In this document: positions 13,265-26,899 of the stretch, piece by piece | Layout of the letters: the number at the start of each line of letters is the position of its first letter | Position numbering within the stretch: position 1 is the first letter of the stretch | Source: Antechinus flavipes | Taxonomy: Eukaryota | DNA: 64,000 nt | Assembly (NCBI RefSeq): GCF_016432865.1 | Contig: NC_067401.1 | Coordinates: 444,416,001-444,480,000 of the forward strand | Direction of reading: 5' to 3' | Notes under the pieces: generated by a model | The model's input: only the letters and a program-made list of their open reading frames with translations | Told to the model about the DNA's origin: nothing | The model's database searches: none | Translations under genes and position numbers: made by a program

Positions 13265-14980
13265 GTTAGACTCCATTCAACAAACATTTATTAAGCACTT
13301 AGCATGTTCAAGGCATTGTACTAAGCACCCCGCACCCAATTAATAAAAAGAAAGACAATTTATGTCTTCATTACAATCTAATGGGGAAAGGCAACATACA
13401 AAAGATGGTAGGAAATGAAATGAGGGAGACCAGACAGTACCTGGCTTGAGGACCTATTATTCCATGAAGTTGAAATCAAGCAGAGCAGCAGACACAGAGT
13501 GGAAGTGAGTCCAAAAATTCGGTTTCTTCACTCTATAAAGAAAGACATTGGGAGGAGTTTGGTGCTCCACCCTTTAGCCTTGGAATTAGAGAGTAGAAGA
13601 GGCTGAGGGAGGTGGTTTCAATCAAAATTTGAATTAGTTAGCACAAAATGATAAAATTAGAAGTGATGAGTTTAACCTGGGAGGGGCATCTTCTTTCTTG
13701 GACTTGAAACCAGGAAAGGCAGCAGATGCAGAATGGAGTTCTTGGAATTGTCTCTTTCCTCACTACACTTGTTAAAATCCCTAGTTCCTCTTTAAAATTT
13801 TGTTTAGGCTTCACATTCCACATGAGACCTTTCTTGTTCTCCTCCCCACCACCAAGTTCTAATGCTTTCTCTTTTGAAAGTCACCTTGTATTTTACACAC
13901 ACACCTACACACACACACACACACACACACACTTTGTGCTGTAAAGGAACTCACTGTTCAAGGCAGGGGAGATGAGAAAACCTGCAAATAGCTATGTACA
14001 AACAATATATTGTGGCTAATCTCAGAGGGAAAACACAAAATTAAAGAAGACTGGGAAAGACTTCTTATAGAAGGTGGACTTTAGCTAAGCATTGAAGGAA
14101 GCCAAGAGGCAGAGGTGAGGAGGGAGAGAATTGAAGGCATGGGGGACAACTAGAGTTGGGAGAAAAAGGGAAGGGAATAAACATTTATATCGTTCCTATG
14201 TGCTAAATGGTTTTTAGTTTTTAATATCATTTCATTTGATCCTTATAGCAACCCAAAAAGTAGATGCTATTATTATCTCCATTTTACAGTTGAGGAAACT
14301 GAGGCACAAACAGATTAAATGACTTGTCCAGGGTCACATAATTAGTGAGAAGAGGTCCCAGGGCAGAGCCCATGGGAAGTGCCCAGGCATGACCTGGATG
14401 AAGATCTAACAAAGAAATCTTACAATGAGTGGTCCAAAAGATAGGGGGATTACACGGAGAGAAGACAGTGTCAAGAAAGAATGATCTGAAGACTAACAAA
14501 GACTACAGAGAGATCCAGGAGAATGTGGAGGGAGAAAAGGCCAGGCGATCTGGCAATGAACAGACTTCTGGTAACTTTGGGGAGAGCAGTTTCAGGAAGC
14601 CATTTTTCAGAGAGTACAAGGAGAGTTAAGGAATGAAGAAATGAAAAGATGGAATATAAAAGCTAGGTTGTTACTCATGGAGCATGAATTCTAGAGAACA
14701 TAGTAGAAGGATAGGTAGTTTTAGTGTGAGATTCTGGTGGAAATGGGTTGATGAGAATAAGGAAGTGGTCAGTTGCAGTATGGGGCTAAGAAAAGGATCT
14801 GAACAATGTTAGGGGATCAATATCACTGGCATGTGGAGGGATTTATGAGATGGGAGTATATTAATCACTGTCCATAGTAGTTCAAGTTGAAGATGGAGTT
14901 AGCAAAATGGACAGCTATATATAACTGGGAAGAGATGGGAGTAAAGGACTGCACTAATCTGGAGTTATGGGACTGGGTAG
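13265..14980 (-). mobile_element. Fragmented antisense L2 with inserted MIR (about 14165-14345), an unclassified insert (about 13420-13830) and a (CA)n at 13895-13931
   Basis: cattcaacaaacatttattaagcac is the reverse L2 tail. The purine-rich L2 body resumes at about 13950 and 14350. Confidence 0.55.
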
Positions 14981-15400
14981 AGTGCCAATTGAAATTGAGA
15001 CTCAAAAAGAATTGAGGAAGATGCACCCTTGCTGATAAGGTTGAATTTAATGAGGATAAAGGCAAAGTATTTTACTTGGATTGAAAAACACCAACTACAT
15101 ATACAGATTGAAGAAGATGTATATAGAATTCATGTCAAAAATACCTGGGATTTTGGTGGATTACCTGTACAAATCAAAGGTAACTGAGCTAAGGGAATCT
15201 TGTTCCTGCATTAACAGAAGTAGAGTTAAAAAAAAAAAAAAACACCACCATACTCTGCCCTGCTCAAATAATACCTGATGGGTTTAATATTAAGTTTTGA
15301 GGAGTCATATTTGGGGAAAGACATCGACAATCTGGAGCCCAATGAGGAAGATGGCCAGAATGGAGGCAGACTAGTACAAGGGAAAGAAGACCTTGATTCA
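14980..15400 (+). mobile_element. L3/CR1 LINE RT-3' fragment
   Basis: gaatttaatgaggataaaggcaaagtattttacttgg...ctgggattttggtgg...catactctgccctg are CR1 ORF2 motifs. Continues at about 15810-15870. Confidence 0.75.
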
Positions 15401-16879
15401 AATCCTCATTCTGATGGCTTCTTGATGGCTGCATATTCTTAAACTTCTGAAATTCTCAGTTTCTTTATCCACAAGATGAGGGGATTGAATTAGATGCTTT
15501 TAAAGATTCCTTCAACCTCTAGATCAATGATCTTATCTTGAATTTAATTGGGTAGAGAGCAATGGATAGTGCAGGACCTGGAATTAAGAGACTTTGGATT
15601 CAAATATAACTTCAGATACTTTACAAACTTTGTGACTTTTGGGAGTCACTTAAGCCCCTGTGTATCTCAATTTCCTCAATTGTAAAATAAGAATAAAAAT
15701 AGCACCTGCTTCCCAGCATTGTTATAAGGATCAAATGAAATATTGGTAAAATGCTTGGCATACTATCTGACATATAGTAGGTACTATGAGATGCTAGCTG
15801 TTGGTAGTTCTTACTATGACCATGTTTTATGAGGATCTGTTGAAGGATCTTGGACTGTTTAACCTGGAGAAAGAGAAGAATCTATTACTATCAAACCTCA
15901 GTGTAAAAATGGTAATATTAATAGCACCTAGTTCAGGATTGTTGTGAGGGAAAATAAAATAATATTTGTAAAATACTCAGTCCAGTGCCTGGTACGTAGT
16001 AAGCACTTTATAATATTATTGTATTATTATTATTATTTTCTACCAATGGTTCCAGATGAATAAGGCAACAGAACTTGTATTAAGCCTGTCACTATTTGAT
16101 GAGTCTGAGCCTGACCATGCTGACTGATACATTAGCCATATTATCTCTTACTCTAAATAATCAGCAAAAAGATCATTTTCAGCTTGCCACTGAAAATGCA
16201 GTGTCAGAATATACCACATCCCCAAAGCTGGGGAAGGGCACCTAAGGAAGTCCTACAGAAACCCTAGGGGAAAGTGCTGACCACAGTTAGAGGAAGTCTT
16301 GCCATGGGAGGAAGTTTTGCTTTAAGCAAATCCACAAAAAGATAACTAAAAAAAAGAAGTCTTCGTGGCCACTAGTCTGAGGCAGGGACAGAAAGGAGAG
16401 CAGCCAGAACCTGTGACATTGTTTTCTGTTTTTGGTTCCAGGGAAGCCCACATCCTGGGAGACGATACCTTCATCAGTGTCCACATCAGTTGGCCTCGAA
16501 CTTCTATCCGAAAACCCTCTTTGGACCTCCTAGAATCCTTAACTTCCTAATTATTAGCATCTTTCCCATCCTAGATGTATTTAATATACTAAGAGTGTAA
16601 GGCCCATTTAAGTGATTGCAATCTAATCTGAAGATGGATTGTAATCTCCTTGAGGGCAGAGGCAATTTTTTTGTTCTATTTGAATTCTTTTTGAATTTTG
16701 AATTATTTTAAGAAGATTCTGAAGATCACTTAGCAGAATAAGACACCAGATAAAAGGTCCTTTCCAGAACTAAATTGCCAAGCATTCAAATTCTGCTGCA
16801 GAGAGCACAGTTTCATTGGGCTGGCCACATTGTCCGAAGGATAAATTTATGCTTGCCAAAAAGACTATTTTATGGAGAA

Positions 16880-17245
16880 CTCATACAAGCCAAGCACTCA
16901 CATAGTGGTTAAGAAAAGCAATACAAGGACATTCTCAAGGTCTCTCTTAAGAACATCTAAATTGATTTTATGACGGGACCCTTTGATATAGGACTGTCCA
17001 GCATCATCAGAGAAGGTGCTGTGCTCTATGAGCAAAGCAGAATTGAATTAGTCCAAAGAAACGCCAGATGTGCAAAGTTAGAGAAGCACTCCAAATGTTC
17101 AGAGGGACTATTTGTATCCAAACATTCGTAGAGCATTTGTAGCTCCTGTAGGTCTGATCAGTCACAGTCGGATACACTGTAACTTTAACGTAGTGATGTT
17201 GTTTTGGTCCTTTTTGAGAACAAAGGACAACAACCATCCAACCTT
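16880..17245 (+). mobile_element. RTE LINE 3' end (C-terminal zinc-finger region and tail)
   Basis: IREGAVLYEQSRIELVQ..., cagtcggatacactgtaac and tail gttttggtcctttttgagaacaaaggacaacaacca. Confidence 0.85.
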
Positions 17246-17329
17246 CCCTAATTCTTAGCAAAGTTCTAGTTCCAACTGGGTACTTAATAAATGTGGATTG
17301 ACTGATTGATGAAAATAAAAACTCTTTTG

Positions 17330-17578
17330 TTATTCTGTCATTTCAGTACTCTTTGGCTCTCTTTGACCCCATTTGGGGTTTTCTTGCTAAAGACACTGAA
17401 GTGGTTCGTCATTTCCTTCTCCAACTCATTTTTATAGGTAAGAAAACTTGGGCAAGGAGTGTTAAATGTCTTGCCCACCCCGCTTGTAAGTGTTTGAGGT
17501 CCAATTTGAACTCAGGATGATGAATATTCTTGACCTTGGACCTGGTGCTCTATGCACTATGGCTCCACCTAGCTGCCT
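17330..17578 (-). mobile_element. Mar1-like CORE-SINE
   Basis: Reverse complement of the same head/CORE/RTE-tail layout as 1231-1477. Confidence 0.85.
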
Positions 17579-18099
17579 CTCTCACTCATTCCATCATCTT
17601 AAAAAGATAAGAGATAATGATTTCCCTAGTTTTAGTGACAAGAAGTAAGCAACAGGATTCAGTGGAAAGAGCTTGGGATGTAGATTCTGGGATTTCACCA
17701 CTAGCTTTACCTTTTTATTACCCACGTGATCTAAGAAAAGCTATTTCCCTTCTCTGCTCCTCAATTTCCTCATTTATATCACTATTTCACTATCACTGAA
17801 GTTCTTGGACTACATCAGAGCTTAAACTTTTTCCAATCTCAACCCCTCTTCAGTCAAGAAATGTTTACATGACCCTAAGTACATGGGTATACAAATCAAA
17901 CATTTACTCATAACAAATCATAATTTCACAACTCTCACATTCAGTTATGAGAGACCCCTTATGGGCTTGCAAACCATAGTTTAAAAAGGGAAAGGGGTTA
18001 GAGTTTTCTAGCTCTCACTCTATTTGGGAGCAATCCACACAATCTAAAAACAACCGTTACTGGACAACATTGCTGTTGGGTAGTTTGGAAATCACTTAA

Positions 18100-18315
18100 G
18101 GCAGGGATTCTTAATTTAAATGTCTCTGGTCAGATTTCAAATAGTCTGAGAACTTAGATGGGAAAAAAAATAAAATTACACCTTTAATTACACTGATTTT
18201 TGGTTTCCTTTGCAAAATGTATTTGAAAACATGATTCTGGAGAGTATGTACTCTTTACCAGATAGCCAAAGGAGTCTATGATATCAATTCCCCCCAAAAG
18301 AGTTAAGAACTCCTA
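18100..18315. mobile_element. hAT/Charlie-like MITE
   Basis: Termini cagggattcttaa...gttaagaactcct form imperfect TIRs. Similar elements lie at about 25720-25905 and 44925-45330. Confidence 0.55.
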
Positions 18316-19199
18316 ATCTAAAGAAACTGAATTTCAGAAAGACTTGCCTAGAATTATATGACTAGTAACAGTGACAGAACCAAACAACCTCTAATACAAG
18401 TCCAGGTATCTCTCCAAATCACCAGTCTTTCTTATAATAATTCACATAACTTATTTATCAGTATTTGATGTCATAACCTATTTTTCTCAGAATAAGTTGA
18501 ATGCAGACACGTATTCCTGGATGTCCTGAGATGAAACTGTGAAATAAACAAAGTTTGGAGCCCACCAGCCTGCCATTTCCATATCCTTTTTCCTCCAAAG
18601 AAGTGCACTCCACCCCCATACCTCATATCCCATAACTTGATACCTTTGGGCTAAGTATCTTTCCCTTAACAAAAACTTATTCCGGAAAAAAGATCTGACA
18701 AATACCTTTCTACTGAGGCATAAATAACTGATTAGGCTTAATGAGTTGTCTCTGCTAGATAACATATCATAACACACCTGGGCAAGATTTTTCAGGTCAA
18801 GGGATGAATTTTCATTTATGAAAAATTTTAAATAAGCCAGCTAATACTTGGGAATATATTTTTTAGGTCAAGTAAACATTCTTGAACCATTAAAATCATG
18901 CTGCATAGATAGCAAGGCAGTCTTGATATGCTATTTTTATTGTGATTATTAACATTATTATTGGTAATTATTAGTATTATTATTGGTGTTGTTGTTGTTA
19001 TTCTTTTCTTCTTGTTAGATGGAGTTGAGCCCTGAAACAAGCTGCAATCCTGCTATTATTATTCTTCACTAAAGAGCTAGATGATTCAGTGGATAGAGCA
19101 CTAACTATTCCTATTCCTCCATGATTTTGATTTATTCTATTGTCTCCATATTTTGAAAGTTTTCCAATCCAAATATCTTAATGCAATAATGTCAAATAT

Positions 19200-19388
19200 A
19201 TAGTCTCACTCTTTTGAATGCACCAGAACCAGATATAAATAAGAAATATTTAACAAAATAAATAAAAATGTAATGGAACATAAATAATGTTAACATGTGG
19301 TTTTCTAAGTCAATATATGGTCTGCAGGGATCCTTATGTATGATTTAGCAGTCCTCATTCTATGTGAGTCCAAAACCACTGGTTTAGA
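19200..19388. mobile_element. Non-autonomous DNA-transposon-like element, also present at about 62820-63010
   Basis: Both copies share gaaatatttaacaaaataaat...atggaacat...tggttttctaa...ttatgtatgatttag. Confidence 0.55.
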
Positions 19389-20130
19389 GCTCAGAAACAT
19401 TTGATATGATAGCATCTATTAAAATACAATTTTTGGAAAGTGTAAGGATCAATGTACTTGTTCATTGTTTAGTCCTTTCAGTTATGTCCCTATTCAGATT
19501 TTTCTTGAAAAAAGATTCTATAGTAGTTTGCCATATCCTTCTCCAATTCATTTTATAGATAAGTAAACTGAGGTAAATTGAGTTAAATGACTTGTCCAGG
19601 CTTACACAACTAGCAAATGTCTGAGGACATATTTGAACTCAGGAAGATGAGTCTTCCTGACTTTAGGCTAAGAGCTCTAATCACTTAGCTGCTCATCCAT
19701 GTTCTCTCTGGCAATTATGGATAAAAGTTTTGTCTTTGATATTCTAGTTCTAGTTCTAGTACAATTGATTAGTTGTAGTCTCTGTAGTATGGAGTTTTGT
19801 TCTTTATCAATACATGAAAGATAGTGGGCTTCTAATGTATGACTCTAGTCTCCAAGTTACATCTTTGGAGGTTTTCAGAAACACTTGGATTATTCAGACT
19901 TTTAGTAATATGTTTCAGTGACATATGGCTTCTATGTTTTGTTTTGTTTTTTACATAAACTGCATTGATCACTAAATTCAGGCTCTATGAGGATGAGCCT
20001 TTTATAATTTTCTGCATCAATAGAATGGTGCCAAACTGCCAGAAACCCTTCCATTTCCATAAACAAATAACAGTCATTTGTCAGATGTTTTTTTGTGAAA
20101 TACTGTGACCTGAATTAATTCAGATGCTAC

Positions 20131-21246
20131 TCATAGAGGGTGTATTTTTATTTTTTGAACTTTATTTTTAATACAAATTGCTTTATGAATCATGTTGGTA
20201 GAAAAAAATCAGAACAAAAGAGAAAAATCGCAAGAGAAAAAAACAAAAAAAGAAGTGAACATAGCATGTGCTAATTGACATTCAGTCTCCTCAGTTCTTT
20301 TTCTGGATGCAGATGACATTTTCTGTCCAAAGTCTATTGGGATTGCTTTGGATCACTGAACCACCAGCAAGAACCAAGCCTTTCATGGTTGATCATCGCA
20401 AATTCTTGTGGTTATAGTGTACAATGTATTCCTGGTTCTGCTTGTTTCACTTAGTATCAGTTCATGTAAATATCTCCAGGCCTTTCTAAAATCAGCTTGT
20501 TCATCATTTTTTTGTAGAACGATAATATTCCATTACCTTCATGTACCATAAGTTGGTCAGCCATTCCTCAATTGATGGACATGTACTCTTTTTCCAATTC
20601 TTTGCTACCGCAAAAAGAATTGCTACAAATATTAGTAATTATTGTTGTTGTTGTTATGATTCTTCTTGTTATTATTGCTATTATTATTCTTCACTGGGAA
20701 GCTAGATGGTTCAGTGGATAGAGCACTCCAGGTCCTACCTCCAGATCCAGTAATGGCACTGTTGGGTCAAAGGATATACATACTTTTATAGCCCTTTGGA
20801 CATAGTTCTAAATTGCACTCTAGAATAGTTGGATCATTTCATAACTCCACCAACAATGCATTAGTGTCCCATTTTCCCCACATCACCTCCAACATTTATA
20901 ATTATCTTTTCCTGTCATCTTGACCAATCTGAGAGGTATGAAGTGATACCTTAGAGTTGATTTAATTTGCATTTCTCTAATCAATAGTGATTTGGAGCGT
21001 TTTTTTTATATGACTATAGATGATCAATTATCAACTGAGGAATGACTTGTATTTTTATAAATTTGACACAGTTCAACCAGCTGTAAAGATTTTTTCCCTG
21101 CTTTGCACTTCCCTTTTAATCTTGTTTTTGTTGGTTTTGTTTGTGAAAATCTTTTTAATTTAATGCAATCAAATTTGTCCATTTTGCTTTTTATGATGTT
21201 CTCTAGCATCATAAATTTGGTCATAAATTTTTTCATGGAGGGGTGT
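20131..21246 (-). mobile_element. 5'-truncated L1 (ORF2 end plus 3' UTR) with imperfect TSD
   Basis: Antisense L1 ORF2 C-terminal sequence. Flanks tcatagagggtgt (20131-20143) and tcatggaggggtgt (21233-21246). Confidence 0.85.
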
Positions 21247-21361
21247 TTCAATTCCATTTTAAAATCTTAGTCATTTCATTGGCTACTTCTAGAGGTTATT
21301 GCTGATGCTGATACTTCAGAAGCTACTGTTGTTAAATTAAGGTAACTGTCATAGAATAAAC

Positions 21362-21630
21362 GGGGCAGCTAAACGGCACCTATCTAGGTAAATAGAATGC
21401 TGGGCTTGGTGTCGGGAAGAATTATCTTCCTAATTTCAGATCTGACATCAGACACTTAAGTAGCTGTGTGTCCCTAGACAAGTCACTTCACTTTACTCCA
21501 ATTGCCTCAGTTTCTCATATGTAAAAATGACCTGGAAAAGGAAATGGCAAATCCCTTCAGTATCTTCGCCAAGAAAATCCCAAATGGGGTCACAAAAAAG
21601 GGCATAATTAAAAAAAGACTGAACAACAAA
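21362..21630 (+). mobile_element. Mar1-like CORE-SINE
   Basis: ggggcagcta head, CORE, and gaaaaggaaatggcaaat...cccaaatggggtcaca tail. Confidence 0.85.
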
Positions 21631-22471
21631 GATCATATTGAAAAATATAGAGCAAACCTGGAAAATCTGACTTTTTCTAAAAGATTTCATACTCCACTTC
21701 TGCAAACACATCCTTTTTGAAAGATTGTTGATGTCATTTGGAGAATAGAATCTTCCCAGGCTATTCTCTGTCAATTGTCTATATTGGGGATTGAGAGCCA
21801 GTCCCAAGTACTTGAGTCCACTTCCCATTATTTATAGTAGGCTTCTCAACCCTCTCCCTGGTCATCATTACTTTTACTGCTATCACCCAGCTAAATTTGA
21901 TGGCATCTTCTTTCTTCACAACCCACTTTCCCTCTCAAGAGGGTGAATGCTTCCAGAGCCCCTTCTCTTCTTTGGATCACTATCTGTCACAGTGGATATA
22001 ATACTGATCCTGGCGTCAGGAATTCCTGAATTCAAATCCAGTTTTAGATACTTACTAGCCATGTGATCCTTAATATCAGTTTGTCTCAATTTCCTCATCT
22101 ATAATATCATGATGTCACTTACCTCCCTGGGTTGGCAGGGAGATCTTTACTTTGTAAAGAGTGTCTGGAACATAGTAAGTGCTTAAAAATGCATGTTCCC
22201 TCCCTCCTCTTTCCTTCTCCTATCTTTGTTGTCTGTATTAATAAGGACACCAATTAACTAATTGTATTTAAACTTTATTCTCTACTATTATCCAGTATAG
22301 AGTCAGAGAATCAAGAGTTGACCTTGTAATAAGAAAATCTATGGTCTTTTAAGTGATAGGAACACATTTTAATGTTAGCTATCCCTCAGTACTTTTAATG
22401 GATCAAGGCATATATTTTAATAATAGATCTCCACAATGTCCTACTCCAAATGCCTCATTATCTGATGGAAT

Positions 22472-23197
22472 AAACCTTAAATTCTCTCTCTTTTTTTTTT
22501 TTGAAAGAGTAATAATCAACATTTATTAAGCACTTATTCTGTTTGAGGTCTAGTAACAGGTTATTTAATGAATGAGTTTTTTTTTTTAACTTTTTATTGA
22601 CAGAACCCATGCCAGGGTAATTTTTTACAGCATTATCCCTTGCACTCATTTCTGTTCCGATTTTTCCCCTCCCTCCCTCTACCCCACCCCCCAGATGGCA
22701 AACAGTCCTTTATATGTTAAATAGGTTACAGTATATCCTAGATACAATATATGTGTGCAGAACCGAACAGTTCTCTTGTTGCATAGGGAGAATTGGATTC
22801 AGAAGGTATAAATAACCGGGGAAGAAAAACAAAAATGCAAGCAGTTTATATTCATTTCCCAGTGTTCTTTCTTTGGGTGTAGCTGCTTCTGTCCATCCTT
22901 GATCAATTGAAACTGAATTAGCTCTCTTTATCAAAGACATCCACTTCCATCTGAATACATCCTCATACAATATCGTTGTCGAAGTGTATAATGATCTCCT
23001 GGTTCTGCTCATTTCACTTAGCATCAGTTCATGTAAGTCTCGCTAAGCCTCTCTGTATTCATCCTGCTGGTCATTTCTTATAGAACAATAATATTCCATA
23101 ACATTCATATACCACAATTTACTCAACCATTCTCCAGTTGATGGGCATCCTTTCATTTTCCAGCTTCTAGACACTACAAACAAAACCTTAAATTCTC
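22472..23197 (-). mobile_element. Young 5'-truncated L1 with 3' transduction and 15-bp TSD
   Basis: TSD aaaccttaaattctc at 22472-22486 and 23183-23197. Two poly(T) tracts (22491-22502, 22577-22587). The L1 retains CpGs. Confidence 0.9.
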
Positions 23198-23217
23198 AAA
23201 GGCTAGGCCAATGCTGT

Positions 23218-23400
23218 ACAAGGGAGTTCTACATATTTAACATGTATTGGACTACCTGTCATCTAGGAGAGGGGGTGGGGGAAGGGAAGGGATAATTTGA
23301 AACTCTTTGCAAGAGTCAGTGTTGAAAAATTACCCATGCATATGTTTTATAAATAAAAAGCTTTAATTAAAAAAAGAAAAAAAAAAACAAGGGAGTTCTA
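23218..23400 (+). mobile_element. About 155-bp L1 3'-end insertion with 14-bp TSD
   Basis: acaagggagttcta at 23218-23231 and 23387-23400 flanks a G-rich L1 end, aataaa and poly(A). Confidence 0.9.
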
Positions 23401-24044
23401 ACATGTTGCATCAACAGATCAACTCTGTTTTTCAAATGCTAATGTAACAACCTACTGGGCACATAATCAAAAGGCTGGTTCCTTGTGAACTTTAGGGAAA
23501 ACATGAGGAAAAGTAGTCAAGGATGGATAAACATGAATGTGTGAATATCAAAGAAGAGAAGTCACAAATCAATGTTAGTTTGATAGATTTAGAGCTGGAA
23601 TAATCTCAGAGGTCATCTAATTTAACTCTTGCATTTTACAGATGGAAAAATTAAGGTCCAGAAAAATAATGACTTCCCCCAAATCACACAAGTATCAAGT
23701 AGCAGAACTAAAATTTGAACTCAGATCTTTGAATCCCACATTCAACAATTATTCCACCATACTTTCCAATTGCCTTCAAAGTCTAATTTTTGTGTTTTCA
23801 TCTATATTATTGTAACAGTGTCCTACTAATCTTTCTGTCTCTCCAAAAACTTGTCTGCATGATCTTCCTCTTGTAATTTTCCTCAATTATCATGTAACTC
23901 CTCCATTCATAAACTTTCCATGACTCTCTATCTCCTGATAGAGAAAGTGAACATTACTGATGCTGACATTTCAGGTTTCTTTGTAATCTGACTCCAACCA
24001 TTCTGCTATATTCTTATGCATTCCACATCTTAGCCAAATGTGTT

Positions 24045-24130
24045 CTCTCTCTCTGTCTCTCTCTGACTCTGTCTCTCTGTGTTTCTGTCTCTCTGTGTGT
24101 CTCTGTCTATCTCTCTTTCTCTGTCTTTGT
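24045..24130. repeat. (TC)/(TCTG) microsatellite
   Basis: Seen directly in the sequence. Confidence 0.9.
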
Positions 24131-26899
24131 CTTTTCCAACTCATACCTTCCTCTGTTTCTATTTATGCCTTTAATCACACTATCCCCCATGGCTAGAATG
24201 GATGCCTTTCGTTCTCAAATCTCTGTGTATTATAATCCATTGATTTCTTCAAGAACCATCTGAGCTATTGCCTCCTCCATAAAGCTTTCCCAAACCCTTT
24301 CCCTTTTCCCTTCTAGTACTTCACCTTTTTCACCCTCCCTTATAATTATGAGTATAATTAGACTGGGAACTCCTTGAAAGCAGGAACCATCTTTTGCCTT
24401 TCTCTATTCTGAGCACTTAGCTTAATACTCGGCACAGAATAAACACTTAACAGATACTTGTTGACTTACTGTGTATATTTCCCATTAGACTGAAAGCAGG
24501 GCTTTGTTGTATATTTTTCTCACTAATTTCCATTATATATTTTAAAAGATGTGCTCCTACCAAAAAATAAAAATGAATCAGCCCATTGACGCAAAGACTA
24601 GATCCAGAATCCTTAAATGAGTCAGTCCTTGTCTTTCTCCCATGTCCCAATCTCCGTGACAACCCAAAACTATTAGAGGTACAATTTTGTTCTCCATATT
24701 TGTTTATTAAAAAAAAATCAACAAGATGGTAAAAGCCCTAAACAAGAGACCATCACATATTAGAGTGAAAGCTCTCTATGGCTTGAGTACATTGGGTTTA
24801 TTGTATTAGCACAATATTAGATTAAATATTCAACATTATAAAAGCATCAGGCATTTATGGAGACAGAGGTTTCCAGGCACAGCTAATGGACATTTTCAGA
24901 AATAGAGTGTATCTAATGCCAATTTTTAGATACATTTCTTAGAACTGAGAGCCTGTTCAGTGTTTTTCCTGTCTCAAAAAAATGAACAAAACAATAAGCT
25001 TGAACATCTAATTGGTGAAAATTGCAGAAAAGCAAACTTTAGCTTAATGACAGGAAAACTTTCCTGATTTTTAAAGCTACCCAGGCTACTTTAGGAGCTA
25101 TTGAGCCCCTCAACAAAGGTTTTCAGACAAAAATAAAATGTCAAATAATTATTGCAGAGGGGATGCCATCTTGGCTATGGGTAGGACTATATGATTGATG
25201 ACGTCCCCTCCATCTCTAATATTCTGTGGCTCTGTAGAATACATAAGAAATGACAAATATGAAGAATACAAAGATACCAGGTGAAGAAAACAATTTAATT
25301 CCACAGATTTTTAAAGGTCTATTATTTACAAGACTCTGCTAAGCACAATAGATACTAAGACAAAAATGAAATAATCTCTATCCTCAAGAAGCTTGCATCC
25401 TAAAGAGAGTGGAAGAAAAAGGATATAATATGCACACAAAGAAATACAAAGTTAGTTAAGAAAAAATAGCAATAGTATACACACACTGAATACCACAAAA
25501 GAAAAGAATGGCAAAGGCAACCCAATCTGAAAAAAAGCCACAAAAGAAAAAGAGATCCAGAGGTAGCAGGAGTGCCAGTAGAGTGATTTAGTAATTGAGT
25601 CACAAAAGTTAATATCTTTTTTTTTTAAAGGCAAATTTCAAATAATGAATTTGTAGTTTTATCTGTGATCAGAAGCACAGAATTTTGGAGTTAAAAGGAA
25701 CCTCAGAATTCATCTAATCCAGGGATTCTTAAATAGGTTTTGTCTCATAGATTCTCCAATGACATTCTGGGGAAACTGAGATACCCCTTCTCAAGATCAT
25801 GTTTTTAAAGTTACAGAGGATTACTGAGGAAACAAATTATGTTGAAATATTGTTATCAATTTTTTTTTTTAAAACAAGGTCATTCTTCCCAGTTTAAGAA
25901 CTCCTGAATTCCAGTACAACCCATACCTTAAAAAGAATCCCATTGAAACAATGAAGATTTCCACTGGGCAATGTGTATGTATATTCAGATGCTTGTTTTT
26001 ATTGATTTGGTTTAATTGCATAATTTAATCAGTGTCCTAATATGTTCTAGACCCGAGAGATGGAAATAAAGACAAAAAATACGTCCTCAAGAAGCTTATA
26101 ATCTACCTGGGGAAGGGGCATAAAACATATTCACTAATGAATACAGTACCCCTACATCTCAGAAGTCAGGGTGAAATCTGCAGAACAGGACAGGAATCTT
26201 TGGCATATTTTGATATTATAATTGTATTTTAAAATACCCTTTTTATATCCCTTCTTCTTAAAGGTGTCTTTTCAGAAATGGTCACAGCCCCTACGTAATC
26301 CTTGAACACCAATGAGTCCTGACCTATAAACATCTGTCTTAGTCATAATCCTTGGATTATGTTACATAAATAAATATGAAATCACATAAGAAAAAAGTAC
26401 AAAGTACACAAGTGAGGAAGCAAGACAGACTTCATGGAGGAGTCGCACCTTAGCTAAACCTAAAAAAAGGAAAAAATTGTAAGAGATGGGAGTGAGAAGA
26501 TCTCTGTCAGGCTGACTGGGGCACAGCAAGTATTTCATAGTTAAGTCTGGGTTTTACAAATGATGATGATGAGGAAGAGGATGATATCGATGATGTTGAG
26601 AGTGACAATATACAATAGGCTTGAACACTCTTCTTAAAGGCAAACCTTATTAACTAACAGGATATCTAGGTGGTGTAGCATATAAAGTGCTGAGTCTGAA
26701 GTAAATAAGACATCTTTGTGGGTCCAAATATGGTCTTTGACACATTCTATATGGGAATCCGAGTAAGTCATTGGGCTCCACTTTTAGAACCTCAGGACAT
26801 AGAATTTTATAGTTGGAAGTAAAGCTTGGAGATGATCCAGCCTAATCCCCTTAATTCCTTTCAAAAAGTTTTTATTTCATATATTGTATTTGTATCTTG

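Noticed and set aside
17007-17261. 84-aa minus-strand ORF
   Set aside because: Antisense reading of the RTE 3' end.
18487-18777. 96-aa Trp-rich minus-strand ORF
   Set aside because: No recognisable domain or splice pattern, and the length is within chance expectation.
22710-23024. Similar ORFs here and at 31336-31671 (FLFFFPGYLYLLNPILP...) suggesting a gene family
   Set aside because: Both are the 3' UTR of the same young L1 subfamily.
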